Assembly (NCBI GenBank): GCA_965649765.1
Contig: OZ287755.1
Span: forward strand, 2,170,001-2,234,000
DNA: 64,000 nt
Direction: 5' to 3'
Source: Bispira polyomma
Taxonomy: Eukaryota
Shown: positions 13,601-25,600 of the stretch, piece by piece
Numbering within the stretch: the first letter of the stretch is position 1
How the letters are laid out: each line of letters begins with the position of its first letter
Position numbers and translations under genes: made by a program
Notes under the pieces: model-generated
What the model was told of the DNA's origin: nothing
The model's database searches: none
The model's input: only the letters and a program-made list of their open reading frames with translations

Positions 13601-16600
13601 ATATTCTGCTTAGAACTAATAAGATAGAACTATATGAAATGCACGAACCACATAATGAACAGGCTATGTATATTACATAGATTAATACATAATACAAGAG
13701 CACATTATTAAATTACATCAGTAAATCAATTCACACATAAGGTTAATAACAACCCAACTACATAACTAAAATCATTGTATGATACCAGCACAGACAATCG
13801 AATTACAAGCTAGCCACATAGCTTGGATTAATATGTAAAAAAGAATACATGATCATATAACTGGCTAAGGAAACAACTCAGATCAATATGTATTGCAAGA
13901 GCACATTATCATAGCTCAGATCAATCAGGTCAAATGAAAACTTTTAGAGACAACATGTTTGACAATATTATATATCACATGTTTATCTAATAGTTACAGT
14001 CTTGCATATATTCAATCCTTATTCATCAGCCTACTGAATTTGGACCATTGTTTAGTAAACATTTCTTCTTTGCAGTTTAATTGTGCTTTTGTGCTTTGTG
14101 CAGTTATTCAGTGTACGTCTTTCTTAGTTTTTGTTTTAACATGTATAATTCTGCATTTCTATTAGCACGGGAGTTTATACCCAAAGTAACATGTATTGAC
14201 TCATAAATCCAATGTTGTTAAGAATTCCAAAGGTCTATTACAACAGGACATTCAGCAAATAGGTGAACTATTGTTTCAGGCCAACTTTTACAGAAAGAAC
14301 AAATAGGAGATTCTTTGATAGACATATCATACAGTAATTTATTGGTGCCTAGTATTCTGTGAATTATTCTATATTGAAGCCATATTAGAAAGCTATCCTT
14401 TAAGGTTTTAAAGCATGCCTTGAATACTGAACACCAAAGTTTGTCATTAAGAGTTTGACCAAGTTCATGGCCCCATTTATCTTTAAAAGTAGATTTGATC
14501 AGAACATTATTAAATTGGCTGTATATACGCTTCATTCCTCTTTGATTTGCAGCAGAATTGAAAACTGATAGGGGTATATTGGCCTTTCCATAATTAGGTT
14601 TTGATTATTATTGCCAAATCTTTCTAATAATAAAGAAACTCTTTTTTTTAATTTTGTAGTATTCTAAAAAGTTTATCAGAAGAAGATTGTTTTTTTTTCA
14701 AATTGTTTTGTGATAAAAAACTACTATTTCCATCAAACATGTCACCATTAACACAAATTCCATTTTTGTACCAATTTGCAGTAGGAGGAATATTACCAAG
14801 TTTCACATAACACCAAAGTGACATGGAGATAATATGATCATTCCTAATCTTTTCATCTTTATTAACTGAATCACACCATGCCAATATGACATTCTTTTAA
14901 AATTGGTTATTTATTCTGCCACATAATAATTTCAACCAGTTTTAAAACGAGTTTTTCAAACTGTACTGCCTAGTCTGGGGATTTAGATAGTAATAGTCTT
15001 CTGATCAAAGGTGATCTTATTTTTTAAAACTAACTGACGATTTGGAACAAATTGATAAATGGGGTACGCATTGGTTGGTAAACTTAATGCAAACAAAGTA
15101 TATATTTTTTCTAAAAAAAGTACACCAAAAAACACATCCATCCTTGGGAACTAAAGAGCTAGAACTGGTTAAAACCTTACAACATTTGGATATTACCTTC
15201 ACTTCAAAAATGACCTACTAAAATAGATCGATGATGAGGCTTTAAAAATGTTATGTCAGTTAAACCAGACAAAAATCTTTTTTTAGCTTCGTCCGGGCAA
15301 ACTTGGGGCAAGTTATTTGACAATTGTTTAGACAAGGAAAGGAAAATTCTTGAAAATATTAAATGTGAATGTCCTTTACCATAACTGGTGCTTATAAAAG
15401 GACAAATCAGAACTCTATTTCATTTAAATTTTGACTAGATCTGCTCAAAAAAAGACACGAGTATAAAATTCAGTTAAAATCAAGCACCTGAATATTGGAG
15501 GAGGATCTGTCCTACCAATATTTCAGTTGAGCCAAACTACAGTTTCAGTACTTCTCAAGTGATTCATAAACAACAACAATATGGTATATCATTATCACAA
15601 TAATAATGCTATTCATAATATTATGTAGCATGTGTTTTGTGTTATAATCATACATGTTTATACTATTATGAATAGACAAAAATATGATTTCTAAAGAAAA
15701 TATTATGATCACTATCTTCAACTTTCGAGGCTTAAGACACAATAACAAAAGACAAATATCTTTTAGTGGTTAAAATCAACATATTTTGGAAATATGTAGC
15801 TTTACTGATTCCCTATAATCTTGATTTTGACATAAAAACAATATCAAGGTATAAAGATGGGAGGGTACTTCTAGTGGTCTCTGATATAAAGGGAATATTT
15901 GGAATTATTGTAAATGTATATGCACCCAAAAAATCATGTGGATTTGCAGCTAAAATTTCTCTTTGAATTGAAAGAAATAATTAAACACCATGATGGTCAA
16001 CACTATATTGTTAGAGGTGATTTTATTACATGTTTAAATAGTGACTTGGATAAATGGGAGATGTGTTGGAGAAATTATCTCATTATACAAAGTACTGATA
16101 AAATGATTTAGTTGATATCTGGAGAATTAGGTACACAATCAATCTTAAATTTACAAGAAGAGAAAGAACAAAGGTTCAATTGGTCCAATCAAGGCTTGAA
16201 TTTTGGTTATTGTCAGTACATAGCATCTGCCACGTAATAGAATGCAACATCAAACTTGAAAGTAGATCAGATCATAATTTAAATTTTTATTAAATTTGAA
16301 AAAAATGAAACTCAGAAAAGAGCCTGGATTCCGGATATTTAATAATACGTTGCTATATGACACTGTATATGTTGATTTGATCAAAAAAGAACTTGACTCA
16401 ATTAAAAAAAAGGTAATGAAAGATAAAAGAATACTTTGTGTGATTTTATGAAGTGTTAACTTAAGACATGTGATATCTGATTCAAAGAAAAAATCACGAG
16501 AAAAAGGGGAAAAGAAAAACGAAGTTTTACAAAAAATAGAAACACTAGTGAAATTAAATTTCTATAAATCTAAATACAATTAGTTAATACTATAAAAGAA

Positions 16601-19600
16601 AACAAGAATAGAAAATTTTTTGAAAGGGGAAAAAACATTATTCTTAGGTCTAACACAAACTACGCGGAGGAAGGAGAGAAAAAATACAAAATATTTTCTT
16701 AATTTAGACAAAAGGAATAAAAACATAAAATATACATTAAAGTTAATAAAAACAAATGGTCACGAGTCTGTAGAACCCAAAGGTATTTTACAAGAATAAA
16801 GACACTTTTCTAAAGACCTTTATGCAACAAGAATCCCTCAACATAGATGAAACATTTACAACTAATCCGTACAATAAAAACTTGTATGATATACAAAATA
16901 ATATTTGTGAAGATATATTACAAGTAGATGAAATCTTGAAGGCATTAAAAGAATAACCGAATGACAAAAGTCCAGGTAATGATGGTTTCACCACCAAATT
17001 ATTTTTAGGTCTTCTATAAAATATAAGCTACACAATAGCTTTACATTTTCCTTTGAGTCTAGTGGGTCTTATCAAAAGTGCGAAATAGTTACTCTTATAC
17101 CAAAAGATAAAAAACATGCGAGATATTTAAGTATCTTAAGACCAATAAGTGTTCTTAATATGGACTATACAGACATTAACCAAACTAATTTGTATTGATC
17201 AAGTAGGATGTATAAAAAAAAATACTTTTAGGGCAAAATATAAGAATCATAGACATTTTAAGATATTGTGCAGTCTCCAAAGGTAACCAAGTGTTGACCT
17301 CTAAAGTCAAGTTGTCTGACATAGAGGTTAAGAAGTGTTAAAGTTATATAGTATTTAATTTGATTATTGATGATGGATAGTTTGATGTTGTTTGAGATAT
17401 TTTATTTACATTTTCTAATTTACAACTGTACAGAAATTTTAAGATGATCTTAAGCTTTTAAAATGCCAAGCCAAAATTAGAAAGAAGGGGGAATAATGGC
17501 CACAAAAGTATCTGGTATAATAGATGCTGCATGTGAAGTAGATTCGAGATACGCCCAAACAGCATCAGACTTCCAACACCCATGTTTTTCAATGTTATGT
17601 AGTTTTACATTACTATTGAAGGCCAGAGAAGCCCCTGACATTCTGAAGCAGTGAAATGAGTGACCAGTATGAGGGATTTGACTCTTTGTCAGAATATCCT
17701 TTAAGATTAATCTTAACTGTGAATCAGTGGTGCATTTTCCTATATTTTTAGGGTTAGCCAATAGTGGGGCATGTAAAGGTAAAGGATATTTGTTAAATAA
17801 TGCCCTAACTGCTATTACTGGGCATAACCACGGATTATTTAAAGCAGGGAGTTGAATAATATTATGATTTGATCTGGTTTGAATAGTTTTTGACCACTTC
17901 AATACTAAATGTAATCTCGGAGATTCAAAAAGGATATCTGACCTTGTGATAAGACGTGTAGAGTCAAATCCGTCCAGTGATGAGGGAGTAAGGTTAGAGT
18001 TTCTCAAAAAAAAACAAAAAAACGCAAATAAAAAGGCAGTTCTGTATAGTTCCGGAAAGTGAGTAATTTGACAATGTCGTGATATTGTGTGTAGTTGATA
18101 AATGTCAAAGACACTCTTAGGAATTGGTTTAAAATTTGATGTGAGCATTATAGACCTCTGAAACAGGACAATTCTGTGATCATACAACTGTGTATCAAAC
18201 ACGGCAAATTTCTTTGCATAATATCTAATGGTTGCCAAATAATTGTTAATAACTTTGTAAGACAACCTTTTCTGATGTAGAAAAAAAACGTAGAAAAAGG
18301 CCAGCACTGTGCGAATTCCGAAAGTTTCCTTTACGTTATAGTATAGAATAAATGCCATGTATAGTCTCATCTGACTGTCATATTGTCTGTTCGTCCTAGG
18401 TCTGTGATTATCTTTTAGTCTCTCAATAGCTTTACATATCAGTGGCTGAACTTCTTCTGTTGTACCCACAATTACATATCAGTATTTAAATGAAACATGT
18501 TAAGGCATGTGTTCCATATAGAAAGTTTTAGGTATTATGGTTTTAATTTCTTCTTCATAATGCCCTAATATCTGCCATCTGGACAGTAAATCTGCCAAGA
18601 TATTCTTTTTCTCTGTATATGCTCAATTATAATCTCAATATTTAACTCTGCACGTATTAGCCAGAGGTTCCTCAGAAATGTACTCAGATATGTATCTCTA
18701 CTTTTAGCGGACTGCATCACAGCTACAACAGCAGCATTGTCAGATTTGATTTTAACTGTTTTATTCTGCCAACTCTCGCTCTATAGCCTAAATGCTATAA
18801 TTATGCTCAACATCTTGAAGTGTACAATTGACAAATTTTGTTTATTACAAAGAGGAATGGTTGCAGCAAATACATTGCCGTCTGATATGCCACCTATCCC
18901 CTGCAAACATGCATCAACATGTAGCAACTTTTCATACATTTTACTCTCTGTTTCCTCAAAAAAACCACCAAGAGGGTTGGATCTAGAGCCTTCTCGGTCG
19001 CAGCCCCTATGTTATGGAACAGTCTTCCAGTTAAACGTACACTGCTCAATGCACTTTCTGGTTTTTGGAAAAGGCTTAAAACCTATCTCTTCAGGCTAGC
19101 CTATCCGCCGTAGTCCTCTTCCTGGGCGCTGACGCATCCATCCTTACGACCTGGCCATGTTTTTTTTTCATTTTTCTATGGGCTGATTGATTCTGATGTT
19201 GTGCCTTAGAAGATGCCTAGAATCAATAAGGCGCATTAAAAATGTACAATACAATACAATTTTTTTTCATAACTCGTCATGCCATTTAATTGGAATAGAA
19301 ACTGAAAGAACCAGTTTAAGTCCTTCTTAAACTTTTTTGTTAATCGTATAGTGTTTGCCTCAAGTGATTTCTTAACAGGTGGAGCATTCAATTCATAAAA
19401 ATCTGAAATGGTTTTATACACCTGTGGATGTATGTAATTTTCCTAGCAATGATTGACACTTGGTTTTTGTCACTTTTTTCAGATGTCGAAAACTATTGCA
19501 TGTATCATATATTGCCTTTAGCTTTTCTTCATCAATACTTATCGTGCCTTGGTCGATGTTGATTGTTATGCCCATGCATGTCACCTTTTTATAAGAGTTT

Positions 19601-22600
19601 TTCTTGTTTATGTGTAAACCAAGTTCCATCAAGAGTTTTTGTAGAAATTTATAAGCTTAGGGTGGCCTTATCTCTATTCTCGCAAAGTACAAAGTCGTCG
19701 ATAGTTAAAGACTTAAAACCTGTGTTGATGCATAAGTGTGTCACTGCGTCAGATACGTGCATGAATACTGCCATTCCGTGCGTTAACCCAAACGTCCAGC
19801 TTAAATTTAAGGCTGTCATATGGATCCACCCTTAGGTTCCTCAATGCGTGTGCGATATCGACCTTTGCTAATAATTCGTCATCTAAAGTCTGAATTTCTT
19901 GAACTATCTGAACAATTGTTGGTAGTTTTAAATAAAATTTCACATTATCATATTGATATTTATGTGTACAGTCATTTACCGACTCTCCTATCGGGTGCGA
20001 CAAGTTTAGTATTAGCCTTCGTTGATTATTATCCTTCGGCCTAGTTAGTAATGGTGAACAGTGAACAATGTCAACCTTAATTGGTCCTAATATTGTTCCC
20101 TTATTTAATTCTGTTTCAAAGTATTTGTCAATATATTCAAGGTATTTCATAGCCGAGTAATAATTTTCAATATTCTTCGTGTTAAGTCTATTTCTATCAT
20201 ATAGTGGGATAGGGAATCAGAATTCTAAATATTAAAGTACTTGTTGATCTTTATAATTCACCAAATACTTTTTCCAGTTTTCTATGTTAAAGCCCGATAT
20301 TAGTGGTATTCGCACTCCTTTGTAATTTTCTTTACCCACACTTTTTATAGTGTCACATATTTTCAATAGTTTACTGTAACTATCAATCGCTACTGGTTTG
20401 ACACTACTGGTCCTATGAATTTAAAATCTGTCACGTCATGTGGGATAAACCCATAAGTCCTCCCTAAATTAAAGTCAATTGCTTCATTACATGTGGCTTC
20501 TGTATTGTCTTTGAATTCTTTTTCCCAAGTCTGGTCATCAATCTCGTGTAGTAATGTCTGAATTACTTGTGAGGTATGGTCATGTGTGTTGTGATGTAAT
20601 ACCTTTCAGTCCTTGTCTCTTTCTTGTTTGAGTTTCTCAGCCTTTATGTCAGTCACTAACTATGTTGCGTTCATACTGAGTTTGTTTTCTCTGTTGTTCT
20701 GTTTTACATTCTGACATAATTGATCAATTATGTCAATGTAGTGTTGGGTTGAATGTATTTTGTTCTTGTGTGTGGGTGTGTACTGTGATGTCTGTTCTGT
20801 ATGTTTTGTTTAGGGCTGTATTTCTGTTTTTTGTTATTAATGTCCATTTTTACTATGGTAGACACTTGTAACTCAAGTGGCCAGATTGTATGTACATTAC
20901 ATCTGACTTTCTGAATTACATGCATATTATCAATCACTGTCATGCTATAAACCACAGTATATTGAGGTTCATTTCTACACATTAAATAATGTAAAACTAT
21001 TTCATCATCAATATTTACATACACATCTACTTTTACTTAAGAATTTTTTATTCTGTTGTCGAATGCCATTATGTGCCCTTACATATTCATTTTGTGTGCA
21101 CATATATACATTGTTCATATTGTCTTCCTGCACTATTTCACCCTCGCAACTTTTATCATCACAACTATATACATTTATATCATTACTGACAAAGTTGTCT
21201 TTCATTGAGTACTTATTAAATTCATAATCTGAATTATAAAGGTAATCGTTCAATTTATAGCTTAAGCAATTTTTATAATCAAATAACTTCTCATTCTCAC
21301 CAATTTAATTAAAAATACATGAGCCATTATACACTTCCTTGATACTCTGTGTTGTAGCTACTGCTGTGCTGTACTGCAGTCCTCTGTCCTATTGTGTTTG
21401 TACTGCCGGCTACACCGTTGTCGGTCGTCCGTGTATCTTGTAACATTTACTTTCAGGGTGTACATTTTCCCTTTTATTTAACTTAAAACAGTTGTTTCAG
21501 ATGTGTCTGAAAACTGTTGTGGAGTTCTCATGGTCTATGTCCTGGTTGCATTGACCTTTCTGATAGTGGTGACACAGTATTCACGTTTTTGTAGATTAGC
21601 TAACATTACTCTGTGTATTATTTGCAGAATTGGTAGTTGTAGTGGAGGACATAAGTGCCTACGAATATGATAGCCTATTCATCATCCACCTGTTCTAGTC
21701 AAGCCATGTCAGTCTGCCTGCCGCAATATCATGCATGTTTGTCGCATAGGCCCCTTTGGCCACTGGCCAAGAAATATTTGTCGCATCGTGGATCGTATCT
21801 CCTAATTGCTTCAACATTGCTTTAACAACTGTCGGATTAGCCATTTCGAGGATGTTATGTATTTGACCTGACACGAATTAACCTAAATTTAAATCGCCAA
21901 AGGAGATTATTTTCTTATTTACTCCAGTCAAACAGCCTTCATTAGGCCATTTAAACATCGGATCTGACGTGCAAATTTCTGCCACGTTATACCTTCTAGA
22001 TTTACGTTTGCCCAGTGACTTACCTTGCAGCAGGTCACCTGTCGCTATGGCTTCTAACTGTTATAGTCTGGTCGTCACCTCATTTTGGATACGAGCTAAC
22101 TGCCTAGGTACTTCAGTAGACGGAATAATATCATGTTGATTAGTCATTAATGTTCCTGTTGCTTGTTGTTGCGCATGAGGAATAGTCGTGTGCACCTGTT
22201 GTCCTGGATAATGAAGCCCCTCTAGCTGTGTAGATGGCATGGGCTGATATGGATAGTGTAGCACCCCGACGTGAGCACTTGGCAAGTAATATGGGATAGG
22301 CTGTTGAGGTAGCGAGGTTACTGGAATTTCACCTTTGTTTTGTTGTCATGGAGCGGGGATGGGACATACATGTCCCTGTGTAGTGTGAGCAATTGGTGCC
22401 AAAAAATTTTCATTGTGTACCGTGGGTGCCATTAGATCATGCGTGTGATCTGATTCTTGCATAAGATTTGTTCCCGTAAGTCACTTATTGGTTGGCTTCA
22501 GTAAACGAATTATTCTAACAACAATTGCCGACTGATAGGTCATGCATTTTATTTGCATTGACTCTTAACATAAAAAATACCTAAATACATAGTATTAGTA

Positions 22601-25600
22601 GACTTTGATAAAGTATTTGATAGTGTAGAATGGCTTTTTTATATAAATGTCTAAAATCTGTTAATTTTGGAGAAAATTGGTTGAAATGGGTAACATTATT
22701 GTATACTAATATTAGGTCTTGTGTAGTTAACAATTGCTTTTTGTATGCATACTTTAACTTGAACAGGGGAATCAGGTAAAGATAACCCTTGTCTGCACTA
22801 GTATTTATCTTTGTGTCAGAAATTATTGCAGTCCGTATCAGAAGTGACAGAGTAATTAATGGCATTAAAGTAAAAGCAATAGGAACATTAGCATACATAA
22901 TTACAATGTTATTTGTTCTGCAATTACAACTCCATGGAAACGCAATATCATACGCACCCCATTAAGTACATACATAAAGAAAAAAACATGCATAAGGATA
23001 AAGATTTAAATAATAAGACTTGTCAAAGTAATCAAGTCCTAAACAGAAAGAACCGACGGCAATAAGTATATTGGTTGATTTATTCTTAGGAGAGCTATGT
23101 ACTATCCTTTCTGTATTTTTTGTAGGCACATAGATACGATAGAACACCATTTTTCTTTTGTGCACTTAGCAATCCTTGATTCATCTCTTTACCTGAAAAA
23201 ATAGGTCTGAGTAGATAATATGTGAAATTATTTTTGGAATAAATCTGACTTAAAATGACGATGAAAAAGATAGGCCAGAAATTGGTAAAATTATTTGTTT
23301 TTCATACTGGACATTACTCACTGTAGAATCAGAAAAAATATACTTGGTATTTCCTGAAATTCTAAATGCATGCAAGAATAAATTTCAAATAAATAAATTG
23401 TCAAATATGAAGCATGTTGAAGCAATTGAACAAAAAAAAACAAATTTAAAAACAATTTAGATAAAGTAATTGAAAGTATCAAGTGGAATGTACCCGGGAC
23501 TATTATGTAATAATAGTAGTATGTAATATAGTAATTTCAAAAAATAGTTTTATAGTATGAGGTAAAATTACTGACACATTTACTCTCTAGCAACCAAATT
23601 GTTCAAAAAATTAGTTTTGTTATCTGTGGAAATAGTGTTGTTGTTGTTTGTATTTATGTAGTGTAATATTAAAATGTATGTATCATGTTGAGTGTAATGT
23701 ATCTGTTTAGTGTGATTTTAAATTGTATCATTAATTCATATACTTTGCAGATACAAAAACAATGTTACAATATCTACGAGGATTCAAGTTCAGCCAACTG
23801 AGAGCCCGGCAAATGTTTGAGAAAATGCTTACATTACAGAGTGTGAAACCTGAGTGGCTTAGAGACATAGACACACATGATCCTCGCATACTCCAGATTA
23901 TAAACAATGGGTAAGGTTAACTGGAGATTTAAATGTACTTACAGGTGTAGTGTGTTAGTTGAAATGTTGACAGAAATTAATTATCAATCAGCTTGATTAG
24001 TAAAAATTAAATTGAAAAATATGTTCATGCATTATCAATAAATGTGCATAAATAAGCAATATAAGGACAGGAAAAAACAGATATCTGTACATATCGGGTT
24101 TACATAGCTGATACAAAATATGTTAACTTGATATACTACCATTTTACATTGCTGGTAAGATATCACTGGCAGACATTTTTCTTCTTCAGGTTAATCATTC
24201 CTCTTCCAAAAAGGACACCACAAGGAAACAAGATTGTAGTGGAACGTGTCAGTAAGTCGTCAATCCAATATTAATAGGTTTTGTAACGAAGAGTCATCTT
24301 AATAGAACATCACATCATATTAGCTATTTACAGAGTCTGTTTGTTAATAAGTCTGTTTGATAAATGCATGGAGGATATATTTACAAAATTAAATTGAAAT
24401 ACACATTCACATTTCGGTTGATGCATGTTGATGTTGAGATAACACATGCATGGTCATGTAGAATTGTAAACTTTATTTGATTGTATTTAGCAGAGCCAGC
24501 TTGTTTACTATTGTTAACAATTCAAAAAGCGTATTCCATTTTTTTGTAATATGCTGCTGTGATGTAAAAACTGGGAATTTAGTTTAATTTCTAAATTTAT
24601 GCAGGTTTGCTTGAGGAACAAAATGTTGTGGCTGTGCATTCAGAATATTAAATTAATCAATGAAATATCATTCCTTCGAATACTGGTCAGTTTAATCCCT
24701 TACTGGTCAGTCTTGACCTTTCATTGGTCAGTTTAACCCCTCATCGAATGTGATCTCAAAGAAGTATGATCAAGAAGAGATCAATTTGAATAATGTCCCA
24801 ACATTTATCATTAAACAGTATAACAATTACATCATAAATATCCAGGTGGGAGGTAACCAGAATAGTTTAAACTACTCCACTGATTTAACTAAACTTAAAT
24901 TTTAACTAGACTCAACTCCAGCTGCTAATTCAACTGTGTGTCTCTGGACTAAACCTTATACAGTTTCAATAGCATTTTGGGAATTTAAAGTTATTGATGG
25001 TATTTAGAATGTGATGTGGTATGACATTTAAGCAATTGCATAACTCACTTGACACCAATGTAATGCTTTGAATATTGTATAAAAGATATAGCAATAGATT
25101 AAATGTTATGAAGGAAAGAATGTAGTAAACAAATGATAAAGGAAATTTGGTCATTACAGTACTAAAACAGTACCAACAGATGAGCCCATATAAAGGATAC
25201 AAGTGTATTTGATTCCACATCATCACAGGTGAGAGGCAAGTACTTGTGATGCCAAGTACTTGTGATGCCACAGGAGAAGGGTAAAGGAGGACTTTAGGGT
25301 TTGCTTTGTTCTATGTATGAAATGTGTTTTTGCTTGCAGACACTTTAAATCTTGGAAAACCAGATCGATTTGTGATGTTCCGAACCCTCAAAGTGATGTT
25401 TGACTACTTGATGAGGAGTGAAATGAATCAGGTCAACGGGTTTGTCTTCTTGTTTGACTTCACTGGGGTGGGACCGAAACTGATGGCTAAGATGATGAAC
25501 AAAGAAGCAATGGATGTTTGGGCCACTTGGGGAGTGAGTGATGTTGTGTTATATAACTTGACGAATCACTTACTCTTATATCACCAGTAAATAGTGGTAC

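Larger units (their letters stand above)
17270..22566 (-). mobile_element. Ngaro-like (DIRS order) tyrosine-recombinase retrotransposon, decayed
   Basis: Minus-strand order: gag-like ORF with CHHYQKGQCNQDIDH finger (~21530-21580), RT (SPLLTRPKD..RRLILNLS; KVDIAHALRNL; disrupted YIDD at ~19700), RNase H (HVDACLQGIGG..SDNAAVV..ADLLSRW), then YR. No methyltransferase domain between RH and YR. No TSD. Terminal repeats not recognisable. Confidence 0.85.
15700..23495 (+). mobile_element. Decayed L1/Tx1-clade LINE ORF2 (APE-RT), split at ~17269/22567 by a YR retroelement
   Basis: Left part: NFRGLR, NVYAP, GDF, DIWR, SDH, EEGEK..KYFLNL, KSPGNDGFTT, LIPK, RPISVLNMDY, GQNIRIIDILRYC. Right part resumes NIKN..IVLVDFDKVFDSVEW..FGENWLKWVTLLY..RGIR. 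Confidence 0.85.

Noticed and set aside
14010-15050. Inverted piece of the adjacent + strand Tx1-like LINE (twin priming)
   Set aside because: Both elements appear to have their own ORF2 3' ends, so separate insertions are the simpler explanation.
17270-17476. Split direct repeats or ITRs of the YR element
   Set aside because: No match found by eye between the two ends, so the Ngaro assignment rests on domain content only.
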